DNA of 64,000 bases from Macrostomum lignano (taxonomy: Eukaryota): the NCBI GenBank assembly GCA_002269645.1, contig NIVC01003972.1:1-64000 (forward strand). The letters are read 5' to 3'. Shown here piece by piece: positions 44,297 through 57,130 of this stretch; position 1 is the first letter of the stretch, and each line of letters begins with the position of its first letter. The notes under the pieces are model-generated. The model made no database searches. It was not told where the DNA came from and worked only from the letters and a program-made list of their open reading frames with translations. The position numbers were made by a program, and so were the translations under genes.

Positions 44297-47001
44297 CTTG
44301 ATTTTTCTTTATTATACTATGTATGTCTATAGCATCAGTTACAGATAGAGATAAACTATGTGGGAAGATGTCAACAAGTTAATGAAAGGTGAGGGAATTA
44401 TGACTACTGTAGGTTTGTTTAAAAAATAATTTATAAAGTCAAAGGTATGATTGATATGATTTAAATTTATGTTGTAAATAAAAAGTTAGAATAGAAAGAG
44501 AAGTGCTTCAACTCAATATTTATTCAAATTGTCTGGGTGACTAACAATAGTACCGTCTATTATGTCGATACTACAGCTGCAATCCAGAAACCTCATTTAA
44601 CTTTAGTAATAACGAATCATCTATTACCAGGCGATGGCATGGTACGTGATGTCACATCACACTTAATAAACTGCATTTGTATTTTAGCCCATGGATTAGA
44701 GGAAAATCAACGTAAAAAATGTAGTCAAAATATCTGACTTGATATGTAAAACTTTAGTGTTGCAGTATATAGAAAAAATCAATGCAATTGCTTTTCCTGT
44801 TGACTGAATATCCCAAGCCTAGAAGGAATAATCTCTTCCTCCTAAGCAGACTACCCAGCTTTCAGTTTCTTTGAAAAATGAAATTTTGAATTTTTCAGCT
44901 GTGAAACAAAAAGTGAAACATTTAAAACTACAATACTAAACCGTTACTAAATCTGTTTAAGTTATCATACTTTCATGATTTATGAAAATATCATGCAAAG
45001 CTATTATTTCTTTAAAATAGTGCATGAAATTTCAAACAACTACATTTTATTAGAACCCCGAGCAACGAATTTTTCAGTGTTGGTGGTGTACAAGCAGTAC
45101 AACTACGGTTATCTGATTAACGTTATAAAATTACGAAAAGTAAACAGAAATAATAGGACTAAAATATAATATATGTGTTATCAGATAAGACGATGTTGCT
45201 GTTACGTAGTGTCATTACGGGCCTCTTGATATTTTGCGTACATACAAACATGCATCTGCATGATTAATGCCCACTTTTTTCATGAACAGCCTAGTGCCTG
45301 CCTACTAGCATCGCCAATGCCATAATTGGCATGAATATACTCAACAACAGTCAAAATTTCTACTTGTACAAATCACGTGTAGCTAGAGAGAAACACTTCT
45401 AATTTAAAATGCACAGTCAGTGGTGGATTTAGCAGATGGGGTGCACAACACATACCCCCATGTATGATATAGATATACCCCCATTGAGTTTGATTTTTTT
45501 AATTTTTTATATGGAAAATACACATTATCATGTACATATACTTGTGCATGATATTCATATAACATGTACCTTAGTAGTCTACACCCTCTATTCAAAATTT
45601 TCTGGATTTGTAACTATGTACAGTAAGTTAAATAAAAATATTTAAACAAATTGACAGTAAATCCTGCAACCTAATGATAACATACTCTTGAAATAATCCA
45701 AATATACCATGTGTCTATATTGAGAAATATTTTAAGGGAAGAAAGCAATATAGTTGAATGTAGCAGTAGGTGTAGGTCTAAATGGATCTGATGCTGACTC
45801 TGATGCTAACTATAGGGCCTAGGCCTAACTTATTTGATTTCTATAAGATGAGTGGACATATAATTTTAGTGGAGCCTATGCAGTGTGCACAATAGTTTAA
45901 AACTAATTAGAGGTTGTCACCTAACCTGCTAACCCTCCAAAAGCCAAAAGGTAGTGCTAAATACATGTTAAAAATTATAGTATGCCTATAAATTATATCA
46001 TCTGAAGTATGTCATGATATTAGTCCTAAAAACAAGTTTAAAAAAATATTATTTCTATGCTTTTGTACTATTTTTTAGACTTTAGTTTAACTTTTTTTGT
46101 TAATAGACAAAATGCTTATAGATAAATAGTCTAGTACCTTAGTACAATAACAATAGCAAGATACTTATCATACAACAGTCAGCCAGGTTGGCCAATCCAG
46201 CCAACCAATTTGGTGGCCAACCAGGGTAAGTTGTAAAAATGCCCATTCAAATAAATACCAAAGTAGTACTAAGTAGATTATGAGGCATTTTCCTTTAATA
46301 AGACAGCCATAATTACTCTTGCCATTTACCCAAAATTGCATTAATTTTGCTTTAGGGCTTCTTTTACATTTAAGTCACATTTTTGGCCAAAAACTGTTGC
46401 TTTTTTGTTAAAACTAAGTAATATGGCTGACCAAATTTTGGAGGTTGCACATGTATGAAACTTATATGCCTATAAATAAGTGCTTTTATCTAAGAGCCAA
46501 TGGAGCCAAGTAGGTATAATTGCCTTTAGTATTAATCAATAAAGCAATAATAAGTAAATAAATTTAAAAGAATTATAAGTATGCATATACTATTGCCAAC
46601 CAATCCAACTTTCAAAAATTTTGGTAGACTAAAGATAAGTTAAAAAACTAGATTTAACAAAATTTTAGGTAATTTGCAAAAATAAACAACATAATTTTAT
46701 TCATAACTAAGTTATATAATTAGTATATTTTCAGTCCAGAGGTTAGGTCAATGCATATAAAATTAGACATTTATATAGATAGCATTAGCTAATAGCCATT
46801 CCCCATGGAGATAATAGGGGCTATATTGTAACAATCTTATACATAACAGTATAAACTTTTATTCAAAAGATTATATATTCTTGCTTTTGCTTTATAATTC
46901 AGCCATATATAATAATAATACTAACTTTTAATGAAGTATTGAATAGAGAAAGTATTTAATCAGCATTGATTACCAAATCCCATTTTTATTTTTCAGACAC
47001 T

Positions 47002-50000
47002 ATGAACATTATCTGGAGAAAAAAGTACATTCATGTACTCTGTCGAAGGTAAAGCATTGTATCACTAGTTTCCTACATCCTAGTTTTTTATCTATATAAA
47101 ATCCTTTATTTAAAGCTCCCAGTTAGCATAGGAATCATTCTCATTCCAGATGCCTCAGCGCTGCCAACCTCTATGACAAGCTAGGGGTGAGCCCCGCCGC
47201 AACCCAAGCAGAGATTAAGAAGGCCTACATTGAACTGTCAAAGCTGGTGAGAGAATGGCATTGGTGGGCTTACTTGACTTAGTTGCGCTGTGAGGGATGG
47301 CCGTAGCCTAGTGCTCTGATGTGCCAGCGGCCCAGACTCGATTCCAAGTTCAGTCACAATGTCACATTATTTTGGGGCTAAATTGGGATCTCAGCTTGGA
47401 TCTGCAATCGTGCAGTTAGCGCTATTGAGAGGTGAGAGTGAATCCCCAATGCAAAGCAAAGTGTACATGCCTGACTATAAAGAAAGCCCAACGTTGATGA
47501 GGCTGTCATCCAGGCGTCTGACAGTTCCAGGATGGCTGTGATCCCGGTGTTGTCGGTGCGCTTTAGGGTGTTTTGCAGTCACTAGGCCGCGGCGGGAAGC
47601 TCTCGGTTGACTGCAAGCTCGTCAACAGAGGTAACAACGCTGCTGGCTGGACCCCAGATTCGTCCTCTCTGCAGAAGGCTAAGGTTGAGGTCCCAGCTCT
47701 GCTCGGGCAGCAGTTCAAGGCTGCAGCGTCCTCGAGTCAGCCTCACTGGGCCAAATAAGAAGGCACGAGTCCCTCGTCGCGTTCGAGTGAGTGTTCAGAG
47801 GCTGCCCTTCGGAGTTCGCTCCCACCAGAGGCCATTAGCAGTGCGGCTCAACTGCTTCAGCTGGTCGGGGACTGTCGGTTGCCTTTTGGCCGCCTTAGCA
47901 TAGGAAAGCCGGGGTTCAGTGGAGCCTTCATCGGTTGGGCTGTCCAGCCTCCCGGCTGTTGGTCCCTGGCGCCGGTAGGGCTTCCGCCCTCCTTGGCTCA
48001 ATTCGTCTTGTTAAGTCGGCGGCGAGCAGCTGGAGTGGCAGAGGCGGTTGGAGTGACAGGTGTCTTCTCAGAGGCACCGCTCAGAGTTTGCTCCACGGGT
48101 CACGCCGGGGCGTCCCTGATGGTAGCAGGGGGTATAGCCACGGCTCCACGGCCCCTACTGGATGCACTGTGTCATTCACAACCGGCAATTCACTTGGGCT
48201 AGAAACCGTTGACGAAGTGGAAAAGTTGGGACTTCCTACAGAGCACAGGCAAAGAGCCGCAAGGCCGCGGCTCCAAACCAAGCGGCAAGTCATCAAAAGA
48301 AAAGAAAAAGAAGAAAAGAAAAGAATACCACGGGAACCGTTAGTGACCAGAATACTCCCTGGCCAAGCGTCCAGCACGGAGTTACACTGGGACCTTAGAG
48401 CATGATCTTATGGTCACAACAAGAACTGTGCTCAGTAACACCCACGGGACGAGTACTCTTCGAAGTGCTCGACTTCCAAGGTGAAAAACAGAAGACAAAG
48501 TCTCTTGAGCTATCAGGCCACCGAAAGGAGACAGGTATTGAGCATCGCTGGCTGGGAGAGGCCATACTGCACAGATAGTTCACCACGCCATTCTGGGTAA
48601 AGTCAGGGGAAAATGTGTTGAATTCGGAGCCGTCTGTGGGAGAGCGGTGCCTCAATTTTGTCGGCTAATAATTCTCTTTGATCTCGCCGCCCCGCCGTAG
48701 TACCATCCGGACGCGAAGACCGCGCAAAGCAGCTCGGAGAAATTCGCCGAAATCAACGCCGCCTACGAGACCCTCGGCCGGGCCGACCGGCGCCGCCTGT
48801 ACGACTCGGAGCGGCTCTGGCGGTCCGCGGCCGCCGCCTCCTCAGCGGCTTCCTCCGCTTCACCGCCGCCAGGCGGAGGCCGCCGGAGCGCCGGGCCCAG
48901 CGACTTTGAGCAGCGAATGCGTCACGAGATGGAGTGGATGTACCGGGCCTCGCGGCAGCAGCAGGGCGGGCCGGAGTCGGCTAGCTGGGACGATGAGGTC
49001 AACAGCAGCTTCAAGGTGCGGCTGCGTCTTTCATTTGGGTTTTGCCAAGGTCAAAGGAGTCGGCGCTTAGGCACTGGGGGTGGGGGAGGCTCAACAAGCA
49101 TGCGTCCGACTCTCAAACTCTCGGGCGCATGGTCCTTGGTTCGATTCTGTGCGATTCACAATTTATGGCGATTTCGCCGAAAGCGTTTCGCCAGGGTGAA
49201 TATATGCACATAGTATTGGTGCGTGGGATCCAAACATACAAATATTACCGTGACTAAACTGCATGATCTGGCTCGCGAATGCCCCCGCCATCAGATGAAA
49301 ATCGTGGTCGCTTTGGCTGCAGTTATCGTCGTCGGCGTTGGCGTCCGCTTGTTCGTGATGTCCATCATCCAGGCCAGCCAGCACCGGCGGGACGAGACCG
49401 AATACCAGCTGGCCATGTCGCTGCTCAAGCAATCGGAGGACACTAAAGGGGAGCGAATGGCCGCCATGGCGCCGCAGTGGAGAGGAGCCGGACAGCAGGT
49501 GCGAATGGGGGCAGCGCCATCCCATCCAACTGTGGGCAGCGCCATCCCATCCAGCTGTGGGCAGCGCCATCCCATCCAACTGTGGGCAGCGCCATCCCAT
49601 CCAACTGTGGGCAGCGCCATCCCATCCAACTGTCGGGCAGCGCCATCCCATCCAACTGTGGGGCAGCGCCATCCCATCCAACTGTGGGGCAGCGCCATCC
49701 CATCCAACTGTGGGCAGCGCCATCCCATCCAACTGTCGGGCAGCGCCATCCCATCCAGCTGTGGGCAGCGCCATCCCATCCAGCTGTGGGCAGCGCCATC
49801 CCATCCAGCTGTGGGCAGCGCCATCCCATCCAGCTGTAGCTGTACACCCTGTGTGAGCGAGTGCATGAGTGCCTGCCTGCACACAGTATTGGCGCGCCTG
49901 TCAGTAGTCAGTGGAGTGGGCAGAATTGCCTCAGCGCAGGTTGTGGAACGCCAGGGTGTCTCCAGCCCTCCTCCGGACACCAGCATTAATTATTTTATTC

Positions 50001-50340
50001 TTTACACACGCTAACACCAGCTGTGTTAAAGTTGGCAGCCTGTCTCTCCTTCCAGCGCTCCGCCAAGCAGCAGCGGGCATCGCCAAGCAAGCCGGACCCA
50101 GGCGACATCGATCCCGACTACCTGGCGCAGCTTGGCGGCGGATTCCGCGGAGCCCGCACCGTGGCGCCGTCGCACGCGCGCAGCATGCAGAGCCGCCGGC
50201 TGGCGAACTTCCGCAGGTTGGCGACCGCCTGGTCAGCGAAGACCCGGGCAGCCCTGCGGCCCAGGCTGAGCGCAGAGCTGGTGGAGGAGCTGGACAAGCT
50301 GGAGGCTGAGGAGAGGACGGCTGCCGCTTCCACTGGCTAA
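47002..50340 (+). CDS. J-domain (DnaJ) protein with a C-terminal transmembrane segment, DNAJC4-like architecture, 315 aa
   Basis: Exons 47002-47048, 47150-47246, 48701-49015, 49295-49498, 50056-50340, all in phase. NLYDKLGVSPAATQAEIKKAYIELSKL|YHPD..FAEINAAYETL; TM IVVALAAVIVVGVGVRLFV. Confidence 0.9.
47400..48650 (-). mobile_element. Degenerate 5' fragment (UTR + ORF1) of a LINE related to the 28.3-kb element, in DnaJ intron 2
   Basis: Frameshifted ORF1 remnants LSYAKAAKR, LAVNRELPAAA and KRTDNTGITAILELSDAW parallel [20 protein letters not shown] and [17 protein letters not shown]; the TACTCGTCCC core is shared with the first element's UTR. Confidence 0.65.
49505..49840. repeat. About 24-bp minisatellite
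   Basis: (gggcagcgccatcccatccaactgt)n. Confidence 0.95.
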
Positions 50341-50379
50341 CGGGCCTCGAAACCGATTCAATTACAGATTTCAACCGCC

Positions 50380-51300
50380 CCTCCCATTTGAACAACCGAT
50401 TCAAATCCGCCCCACCCATTTGAACAACCGATTCAAATCCACCCCACCCATTTGAACAACCGATTCAACTCCGCCCCCGTTTGAACAACCGAATCAAACC
50501 CGCCCCACCCATTTGAACAACCGATTCAAATCCGCCCCACCCATTTGAACAACCGATTCAAATCCGCCCCCGTTTGAACAATTAATTCAAATCCGCCCCA
50601 CCCATTTAAACAACCGATTCAAATCCGCCCCCCCCCATTTGAACAACCGATTCAAATCCGCCCCCCATTTGAACAACCGATTCAAATCCGCCCCCTATTT
50701 GAACAACCGATTAAAATCCGCCCCCTATTTGAACAACCGATTTAAATCCGCCCCCTATTTGAACAACCGATTAAAATCCGCTCCCTATTTGAACAACCGA
50801 TTCAAATCCGCCCCCCATTTAAACAACCGATTCAAATCCGCCCCCCCCCCATTTGAACAACCGATTCAAATCCGCCCCCCATTTGAACAACCGATTCAAA
50901 TCCGCCCCCTATTTGAACAACCGATTAAAATCCGCCCCCTATTTGAACAACCGATTTAAATCCGCCCCGTATTTGAACAACCGATTCAAATCCGCCCCCC
51001 ATTTGAACAACAGATTCAAATCCGCCCCACCCATTTGAACAACCGATTCAAATCCGCCCCACCCATTTGAACAACCGATTCAAATCCGCCCCCCCCCATT
51101 TGAACAACCGATTCAAATCCGCCCCCTATTTGAACAACCGATTCAAATCCGCCCCCATTTGAACAACCGATTCAAATCCGCCCCCATTTGAACAACCGAT
51201 TCAAATCCGCCCCCATTTGAACAACCGATTCAAACCCGCCCCCATTTGAACAACCGATTCAAATCCGCCCCCATTTGAACAACCGATTCAAACCCGCCCA
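50380..51300. repeat. About 30-bp minisatellite right after the DnaJ stop codon
   Basis: (atttgaacaaccgattcaaatccgccccc)n. Confidence 0.95.
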
Positions 51301-51849
51301 GCCCTCAAGAATGCATTCAGGCCTGTCCCCGAGCCAGTCCAATTATGTGTTTTGTTGTCTTTCTGAGATTTTAACTTGCTAAAAGATTTTCGAGACTGCC
51401 TGCTGGCTTGCCGGTGTGTCTTCACTTCCAGGACTTGCTTGCTTAGAAAAAGCGACTGTACGCCACATTTTAAAAAAAGTGTTGCTTCATTCGCTTCTGT
51501 TAAATTGTTTGTTACAGCATTTTGACTTTGTTAGTGTTGCATGCCTTATTTTTAACTGTTATGGAATTTAGTGATACAATGTAAATACATGAGTAGAGCT
51601 AGACTTTGAGCTCTCTAAACTTGTGATAAAATGAAGAAAACTTTATGAAAAGTTTCATACTTGTTTTGTTCAGCAACTGCTTTATTGTTACTGCCAAGGT
51701 CAAATTTCTTTCAAACAGGAGGAATGGAATAGGAAACTAGGGCTGCAGGAGGAACCGTTCAGATGACGTGCAGATGCTTCAGAAAATGCGGGGCAGCAGC
51801 CTGAGGCTTCAGAAGGTACACCGTTTGTCCATCACTCAAGAAGTCTGAC

Positions 51850-52330
51850 ATGAAGCTTCAGGAGGAACTGGACAGATGACTGAAGCTTCAGGAGGAACTG
51901 GACAGATGACTGAAGCTTCAGGAGGAACTGGGCAGAAGACTGAAGCTTCAGGAGGAACTGGGCAGATGACTGAAGCTTCAGGAGGAACTGGGCAGATGAC
52001 TGAAGCTTCAGGAGGAACTGGGCAGATGACTGAAGCTTCAGGAGGAACTGGGCAGAAGACTTAAGCTTCAGGAGGAACTGGGCAGATGACTGAAGCTTCA
52101 GGAGGAACTGGGCAGATGACTGAAGCTTCAGGAGGAACTAGGCAGATGACTAAAGCTTCAGGAGGAACTGGGCAGATGACTGAAGCTTCAGGAGGAACTG
52201 GGCAGATGACTGAAGCTTCAGGAGGAACTGGGCAGATGACTAAAGCTTCAGGAAGATCTGGGCAGATGACTAAAGCTTCAGGAAGAACTGGGCAGAAGAC
52301 TGAAGCTTCAGGAAGAATAATGCAGAAGGC
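51850..52330. repeat. 30-bp minisatellite
   Basis: (agatgactgaagcttcaggaggaactgggc)n. Confidence 0.95.
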
Positions 52331-52670
52331 CAAAGCTTCTGACTGAACTTAATTGTTACGAGTAGGAGGCTGAAGCCCCAGAAAAAGACCTGAATTAAAC
52401 GGTCTTAAAGTAGAAAGCCATGTGAAGAAATGAAAGACGACAGGAGCCCATAAAACAGTAACGAAGAGTACAGAAGCCGCACTTATACATGCTGTTATAC
52501 ATGTACAACCTAAATCGGAGAATTAGGCTGAAGCTTTATAAAAGTTGGCTAAATACACGTAAAAGTACTTTGCTAGCACCTGCACAAGCACGCGCGTATC
52601 ATTACATGCACAAGTTGCAGTTTCTAATTATAATGCAAGCTGGTACATCTTCCTGCACACGCATGGCTCC

Positions 52671-53144
52671 TCACGGCAGCGCTCCCACCGCGGCCTGGCC
52701 GAGTTGGTTAAAAACCAACGCTGAGTAGTCTGGCGGTGGCGAGTCCTCTGCGTTGGCGAGCTGGTGGGGCGCTTGTTGCATGCAGCAAACAGAATACCGC
52801 GGTGGTGGCAGCTCGGCTTCGGCTGGCTGCTTCGCCGCTGCCCTCGCGATCCCCATGATGTCGAGCGTAGAGGCTGCTCTCTCTTGCTGCCACTGTGGCT
52901 GCTGCTGCTGCTGCTTAAGACAGCTGCAGCAACGACAGCGAACCAAACGGTGCCGCAAGCAACCAATGAGCAGCGGGCACCAGATGGCGGCCAGAGCTGC
53001 CACGGCAAGGACGAGAATGACAACGATGGCTATGAGGCTGTTTTCCACCTTCTGAGGATTAGAGTGCCAGTCTGGGATCTGACCGTCAGCTGCTGCGCAT
53101 CCATGCAGGTGCGCTGCGAAGAATAGCAGCAGTGCAGTGATCAT
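52671..53144 (-). CDS. Single-pass membrane protein with signal peptide, Cys-rich juxtamembrane segment and two PPxY motifs
   Basis: MITALLLFFAAHLHG signal; TM LIAIVVILVLAVAALAAIWCPLLIG; RCRCCSC; PPPRY and PPPDY. Confidence 0.75.
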   Translation of the reverse strand: MITALLLFFAAHLHGCAAADGQIPDWHSNPQKVENSLIAIVVILVLAVAALAAIWCPLLIGCLRHRLVRCRCCSCLKQQQQQPQWQQERAASTLDIMGIARAAAKQPAEAELPPPRYSVCCMQQAPHQLANAEDSPPPDYSALVFNQLGQAAVGALP

Positions 53145-53923
53145 TGTCGCTGTTGGTTGAGCAGTTCAGAGAGGGTCTTGTAATTGTGGCCAAAATTGCC
53201 TGCATTTTTATAGTTGGCGGGCGGATTGTGCCTTAATTGGATTCGACAAGGCACGTTGCCTTTTTGGGCGCTCCGGTGGCAATTATTGCATGCTCATAGT
53301 TGTTTACTCGCAACTGTGCATTAGAAATGTGCACAAAGGCTCCGGCCATATGATTGCGTCAATTTCAATACTGTACTGATGCATCCAGCACACAACGTGC
53401 ATCCATCCTACTTGACTGCAGATTGAGTTTTGCTAAACTAAAACTAAAACCTAAAAGTGGATCATTGCTGGCTGTGACGTCTCTGCCCTGGACGTAGGTT
53501 GATCTACTGCAGATGTCAGTTAATTACGAGCGTACAATCTGAATTATTTGCATAACTCCTTTCAAAATTAGATTCTCCGCGGTTTGCTAATGCAGGTAAA
53601 AATTTTCAAAAAAATTTTTTGACAAGAAATGCAGGGCTATTCAACAACCTGCTCACTTGCTCACAAAAATGCTCACTTCTCAAGAAGAGATGGAGATCGA
53701 TGCTCACTAACACGTACTGACTGGCGCACCTGGAGCCAACAAGCAATTATCACATCGATCTATTTTTAAAATATACGTACCTTTGATGCCTTCAACTAGC
53801 TGCCATTTTATGTCTGTGGCTACTGAGGCAATTGCAAGCTGATAGAAAAAGCCCATGTTGAAATTTTCAATGCAGCAATAATATGTGCTCTGGGATTCTG
53901 TTCTCTGCTCAAACACCCAACCA

Positions 53924-54570
53924 ATGCGGCTCAGCGACGTTCGAACTCGCGCCTCGGTGATCCTGACCGACGGTCAGCAGGAAATCGAGGAGGGCACCGA
54001 GGAGGAGCTGCTGTTGAAGCTTCTCAAGCACCAGCGCTGGAGCAGCGCCAACGCCACCGTCCGCTGTTTCAAGTGCAAGAAGCTGGTGGTCACAGATGTG
54101 GTCTTCGTGCCGACTGTCCGCACCTACATTGTGTCGCTGGCGCTGTTCTTGACCGGGTGAGTCGCTCAAATCACCGTCATCTTGTCGGGGCAGTTCCAGC
54201 AGTGACTTGTGGGCGATGCGACCAAACTAGACAATAACTCACCATGGACAGCGGAAGGTCGCTGTACTCGATATTTTAAATAATGCTCTGGAACCCTTTG
54301 ACCACACTCTGTCCGTCACAATCTACCATTGTATTGTAAAACACAACTAGTTGTAAAATTGTGCAATTCTTCTGTTTTTCTAAATTTAGTTCCAAGCTAT
54401 AAATTTTGAATCCACAAATCAACACCTGCTCCAGCATCTTCTCTGTCCTGTGCCTCATCCCCTTCTACTACCCGGAACTTCTCGGCGTTGTTCACGTGTG
54501 CTCAAACCCGGACTGCCGGACCAAGCTTGGAGAGAACTCCGGCTGGATGTCGCGGAAGAAGCAGGACTGA
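53924..54570 (+). CDS. LITAF-domain protein; exons 53924-54156 and 54435-54570
   Basis: CFKC..VVTDVVFVP..TYIVSLALFLTG|IFSVLCLIPFYY..VVHVCSNPDC..LG: two Cys knuckles around a hydrophobic segment; intron in phase. Confidence 0.82.
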
Positions 54571-54779
54571 CCGCCGTAGCCGGATTCAACCGTTCAACTC
54601 TCTGTGTTTGGAGAAGCTTACATTCATATACTTTGTTTTGCTGCGTTTCTGGGACTCCGCATTTCTGCTTTCCTCTCCTCACTCCGCTCCCTCCTCCCCC
54701 TACCCCTTCCTTCCTCTGTTTCGCTCTTAGTTCCCTCCCCCCGCTCCTTTCTTCCTCTGCTCTCTTCTATCTCCGCTCC

Positions 54780-55085
54780 TCCCTCCCTCCGCTGTCTCCT
54801 CCCCCCCGCTCCCCTCCTCCCTCCGCTCCCCTCCTCCCTCCGCTCCCCTCCTCCCTCCGCTCCCCTCCTCCTTCCGCTCCCCTCCTCCCTCTGCTCCCCT
54901 CCTCCCTCTGCTCCCCTCCTCCCTCCGCTCCCCTCCTCCCTCCGCTCCCCTCCTCCTTCCGCTCCCCTCCTCCCTCCGCTCCCCTCCTCCTTCCGCTCCC
55001 CTCCTCCTTCCGCTCCCCTCCTCCTTCCGCTCCCCTCCTCCTTCCGCTCCCCTCCTCCCTCCGCTCCCCTCCTCCCTCCGCTCTA
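54780..55085. repeat. 17-bp CT-rich minisatellite
   Basis: (ccgctcccctcctccct)n. Confidence 0.92.
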
Positions 55086-55254
55086 TCCTGTCCTCCGCTC
55101 TCATCTCCGGCTCCCGCACTTCTCTGCTCAGCTCATCACTCTAATCTGGTTGGTTCACACGTCCCTGGCATTATTTTCTACCTGGAAATTGCTTTAGCTG
55201 TTAATTGCTTGGAATGTGAATTTAACAAAAAATATAAGCAGCTGAATATTTATG

Positions 55255-55600
55255 GCGTTTGTTGTTCATAATGTGTTCTCATACAGCTGCATCGAGTTCT
55301 GCTTCAAGTTTTATTCGTTATGTCGCGGTAAAATTTCCGGTAAAGAATCGCGAATTGGGAATTTGTGCAGGACTTTATTCGTTTGTACTGTGCGTTCACA
55401 GCAGCAGTTCACTACGTCGGTGCTATTCATCAATGTCGGTGCTATCCGGCTCCGCGATGTTGTTGTTGTTGTTGTTGTTATTGCTGTTGTAAAAAAATTT
55501 CCTGCGTAATGTGGGCGAGTACGTGTACTCTTCGGCGCTAACGGGCGGTGGCGGCTTGGCTTGAGGAACTGGCTCGGCAACTGGAACGAGATAACCAATG
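55255..55600 (-). pseudogene. Truncated paralog of the 58.3-61.1 kb membrane protein gene (ectodomain piece joined to a 3' UTR-like copy)
   Basis: Encodes YTYSPTLRRKFFYNSNNNNNNNNIAEPDSTDIDE*, versus YTYSPTLQKQFFHGSNNN..AQPENTDIDKD; 55260-55410 closely matches 57988-58140. Confidence 0.7.
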
Positions 55601-55604
55601 CAAG

Positions 55605-56030
55605 TCTAGTGTCGCGAAGGAAGAGGCGATTGTCCGGAGGTTCACGGCCTGGTTGGCGGAGAACAAGCTCCGCTTAGACTAAAAAGATGCTCCAGTGGTG
55701 GATGTGGCTAAGTACGTTCGCTATTTCTACGCTCACCAGCGGAAGGCGGATGGGACGTTCAATTCCCCGAATACTATTGTTGGGATACGTGCCGCTCTTT
55801 TCCGCTACTTCATGAAGCTGCGTGGCCTCGACATCAATGCGGATCCAGCTTTTCATGCGGCTAACCTGATGATCAAGTATGTCTGCAACGCTTTTTTGCA
55901 GAATGGTGGTCGGATCCGCCACTACGGGGCCATAGAGTCTGACGACTTGATCAAGCTTAGTGCATACTTCGACAGGGCAACACCGTCGCGACTTCAGGAG
56001 GAGGTGTACTTCGATCTGCTATACTACGCT
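55605..56030 (+). mobile_element. Crypton-like (DUF3504/tyrosine recombinase N-terminal) fragment
   Basis: YFYAHQRKADGTFNSPNTIVGIRAALFRYF..DINADPAF..AN..HYGAIESDDLIKL..YFDRATPSRLQEEVYFD matches the KCTD1/ZMYM/Crypton pattern from memory; catalytic region absent. Confidence 0.68.
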
Positions 56031-56169
56031 CCAATATTGACTTCATGCTGACCTTAGCGTTACTTCTTTAAATTTATCGTCACTTTGCAACTTAATTCTT
56101 GTTCTACGTTTCACTATTTTTAAATACATTCGTTCCATGGGATGCAGGAATGCAAGAATGAAGCGGAGT

Positions 56170-57130
56170 GCATTCCAAAACCATCCTCCACACTTGGCCA
56201 GTGTGATTTCGGAGTTGCTTCCTCTGCAATTCTCTGAAGAACGAGAATTCGCCACTCGCATAGTGTTGTCTGTGGTGGCGGATTGTCAAGTTCAAGCTGA
56301 ACTTGGGGCAGAGACAACTGACGTTTTATTGACGCATTCAGGCAGGAGTGCGCACTCTCAGTCGGATTCAAAAATGGTGAGTACGGTGGCAGCTGTACGA
56401 CTCGCCAGTTAGCTTCATATTATTGCGGGAGCCTCACGCCGGTGTGGAATCGAGCACCGTCCATTATGATGCAGAATTAATCCGCATTCTCGATGTCTTC
56501 TCTGTTGTTGACAGCGTCGAGTAACTCTTCGATGAAAACTTGGAACACGTTTGCAGTTAGCGTCTGGCCCAAAATCTTGTGGTGTACCAGGCTGAGGCCA
56601 GGTGAGATGGCGGGGTAGCCTGGATGATATTTACCTGTTCACCGCGCTGCGTATGCAAAGTGCGCCTAACACGCTGACCCCGCAAACTGCGCCCCAGAGA
56701 TCGTCGTGTCTTGTTGAGCCCTGTCTCGTCAATATAGATCAAGTGACAATCCGGACGCAGGTCAAGCAGCCACTGTGCAAATTCTTGTCGACGCGCTTTA
56801 TTCTCTGGCGTGTTCCATGCGGCCGGTAGGTCAGCATCTCTGCCTAAGCATTTCAGCGTGATCAGATGTTTGTCTAGAGATCTTCTAAGTGTGGCCTTGC
56901 TAACTCGAAGACCGTCAAACGAATTCTCCAGTGTGCGCTGCAACTCTTTTAGTGTCAGTGATGGATTGGCATCCAGTGAATCCAGAAGCTGTTGCACGTG
57001 CTGGTTTCCTAGCTTTGACGTTCGATATCCTCCTCGACGGAGTCCCATTGGATAGTATACACAGTTTGTACCTTCACATTAAAAAACCTGGAAATCTGCA
57101 CAGCTCTATGTCGATTGCGTCCATTTCGAG
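56170..57130 (-). mobile_element. IS630/Tc1-superfamily DDE transposase remnant
   Basis: HTH region NPSLTLKELQ..VSKATLRRSL; IYIDETG; IIMDGARFH; LPPYSPFLNPTE; several stops and frameshifts. Confidence 0.88.

Noticed and set aside
47300-47350. tRNA gene or tRNA-derived SINE head (TAGCCTAGTG ... CTCGATTCC)
   Set aside because: Only weak A/B-box resemblance and no cloverleaf; not supportable as a tRNA.
51850-52346. (MTEASGGTGQ)n as a repetitive protein
   Set aside because: Interrupted by TAA, no flanking unique coding sequence or splice support, and the alternative LKLQEELGR frame has recurrent stops.
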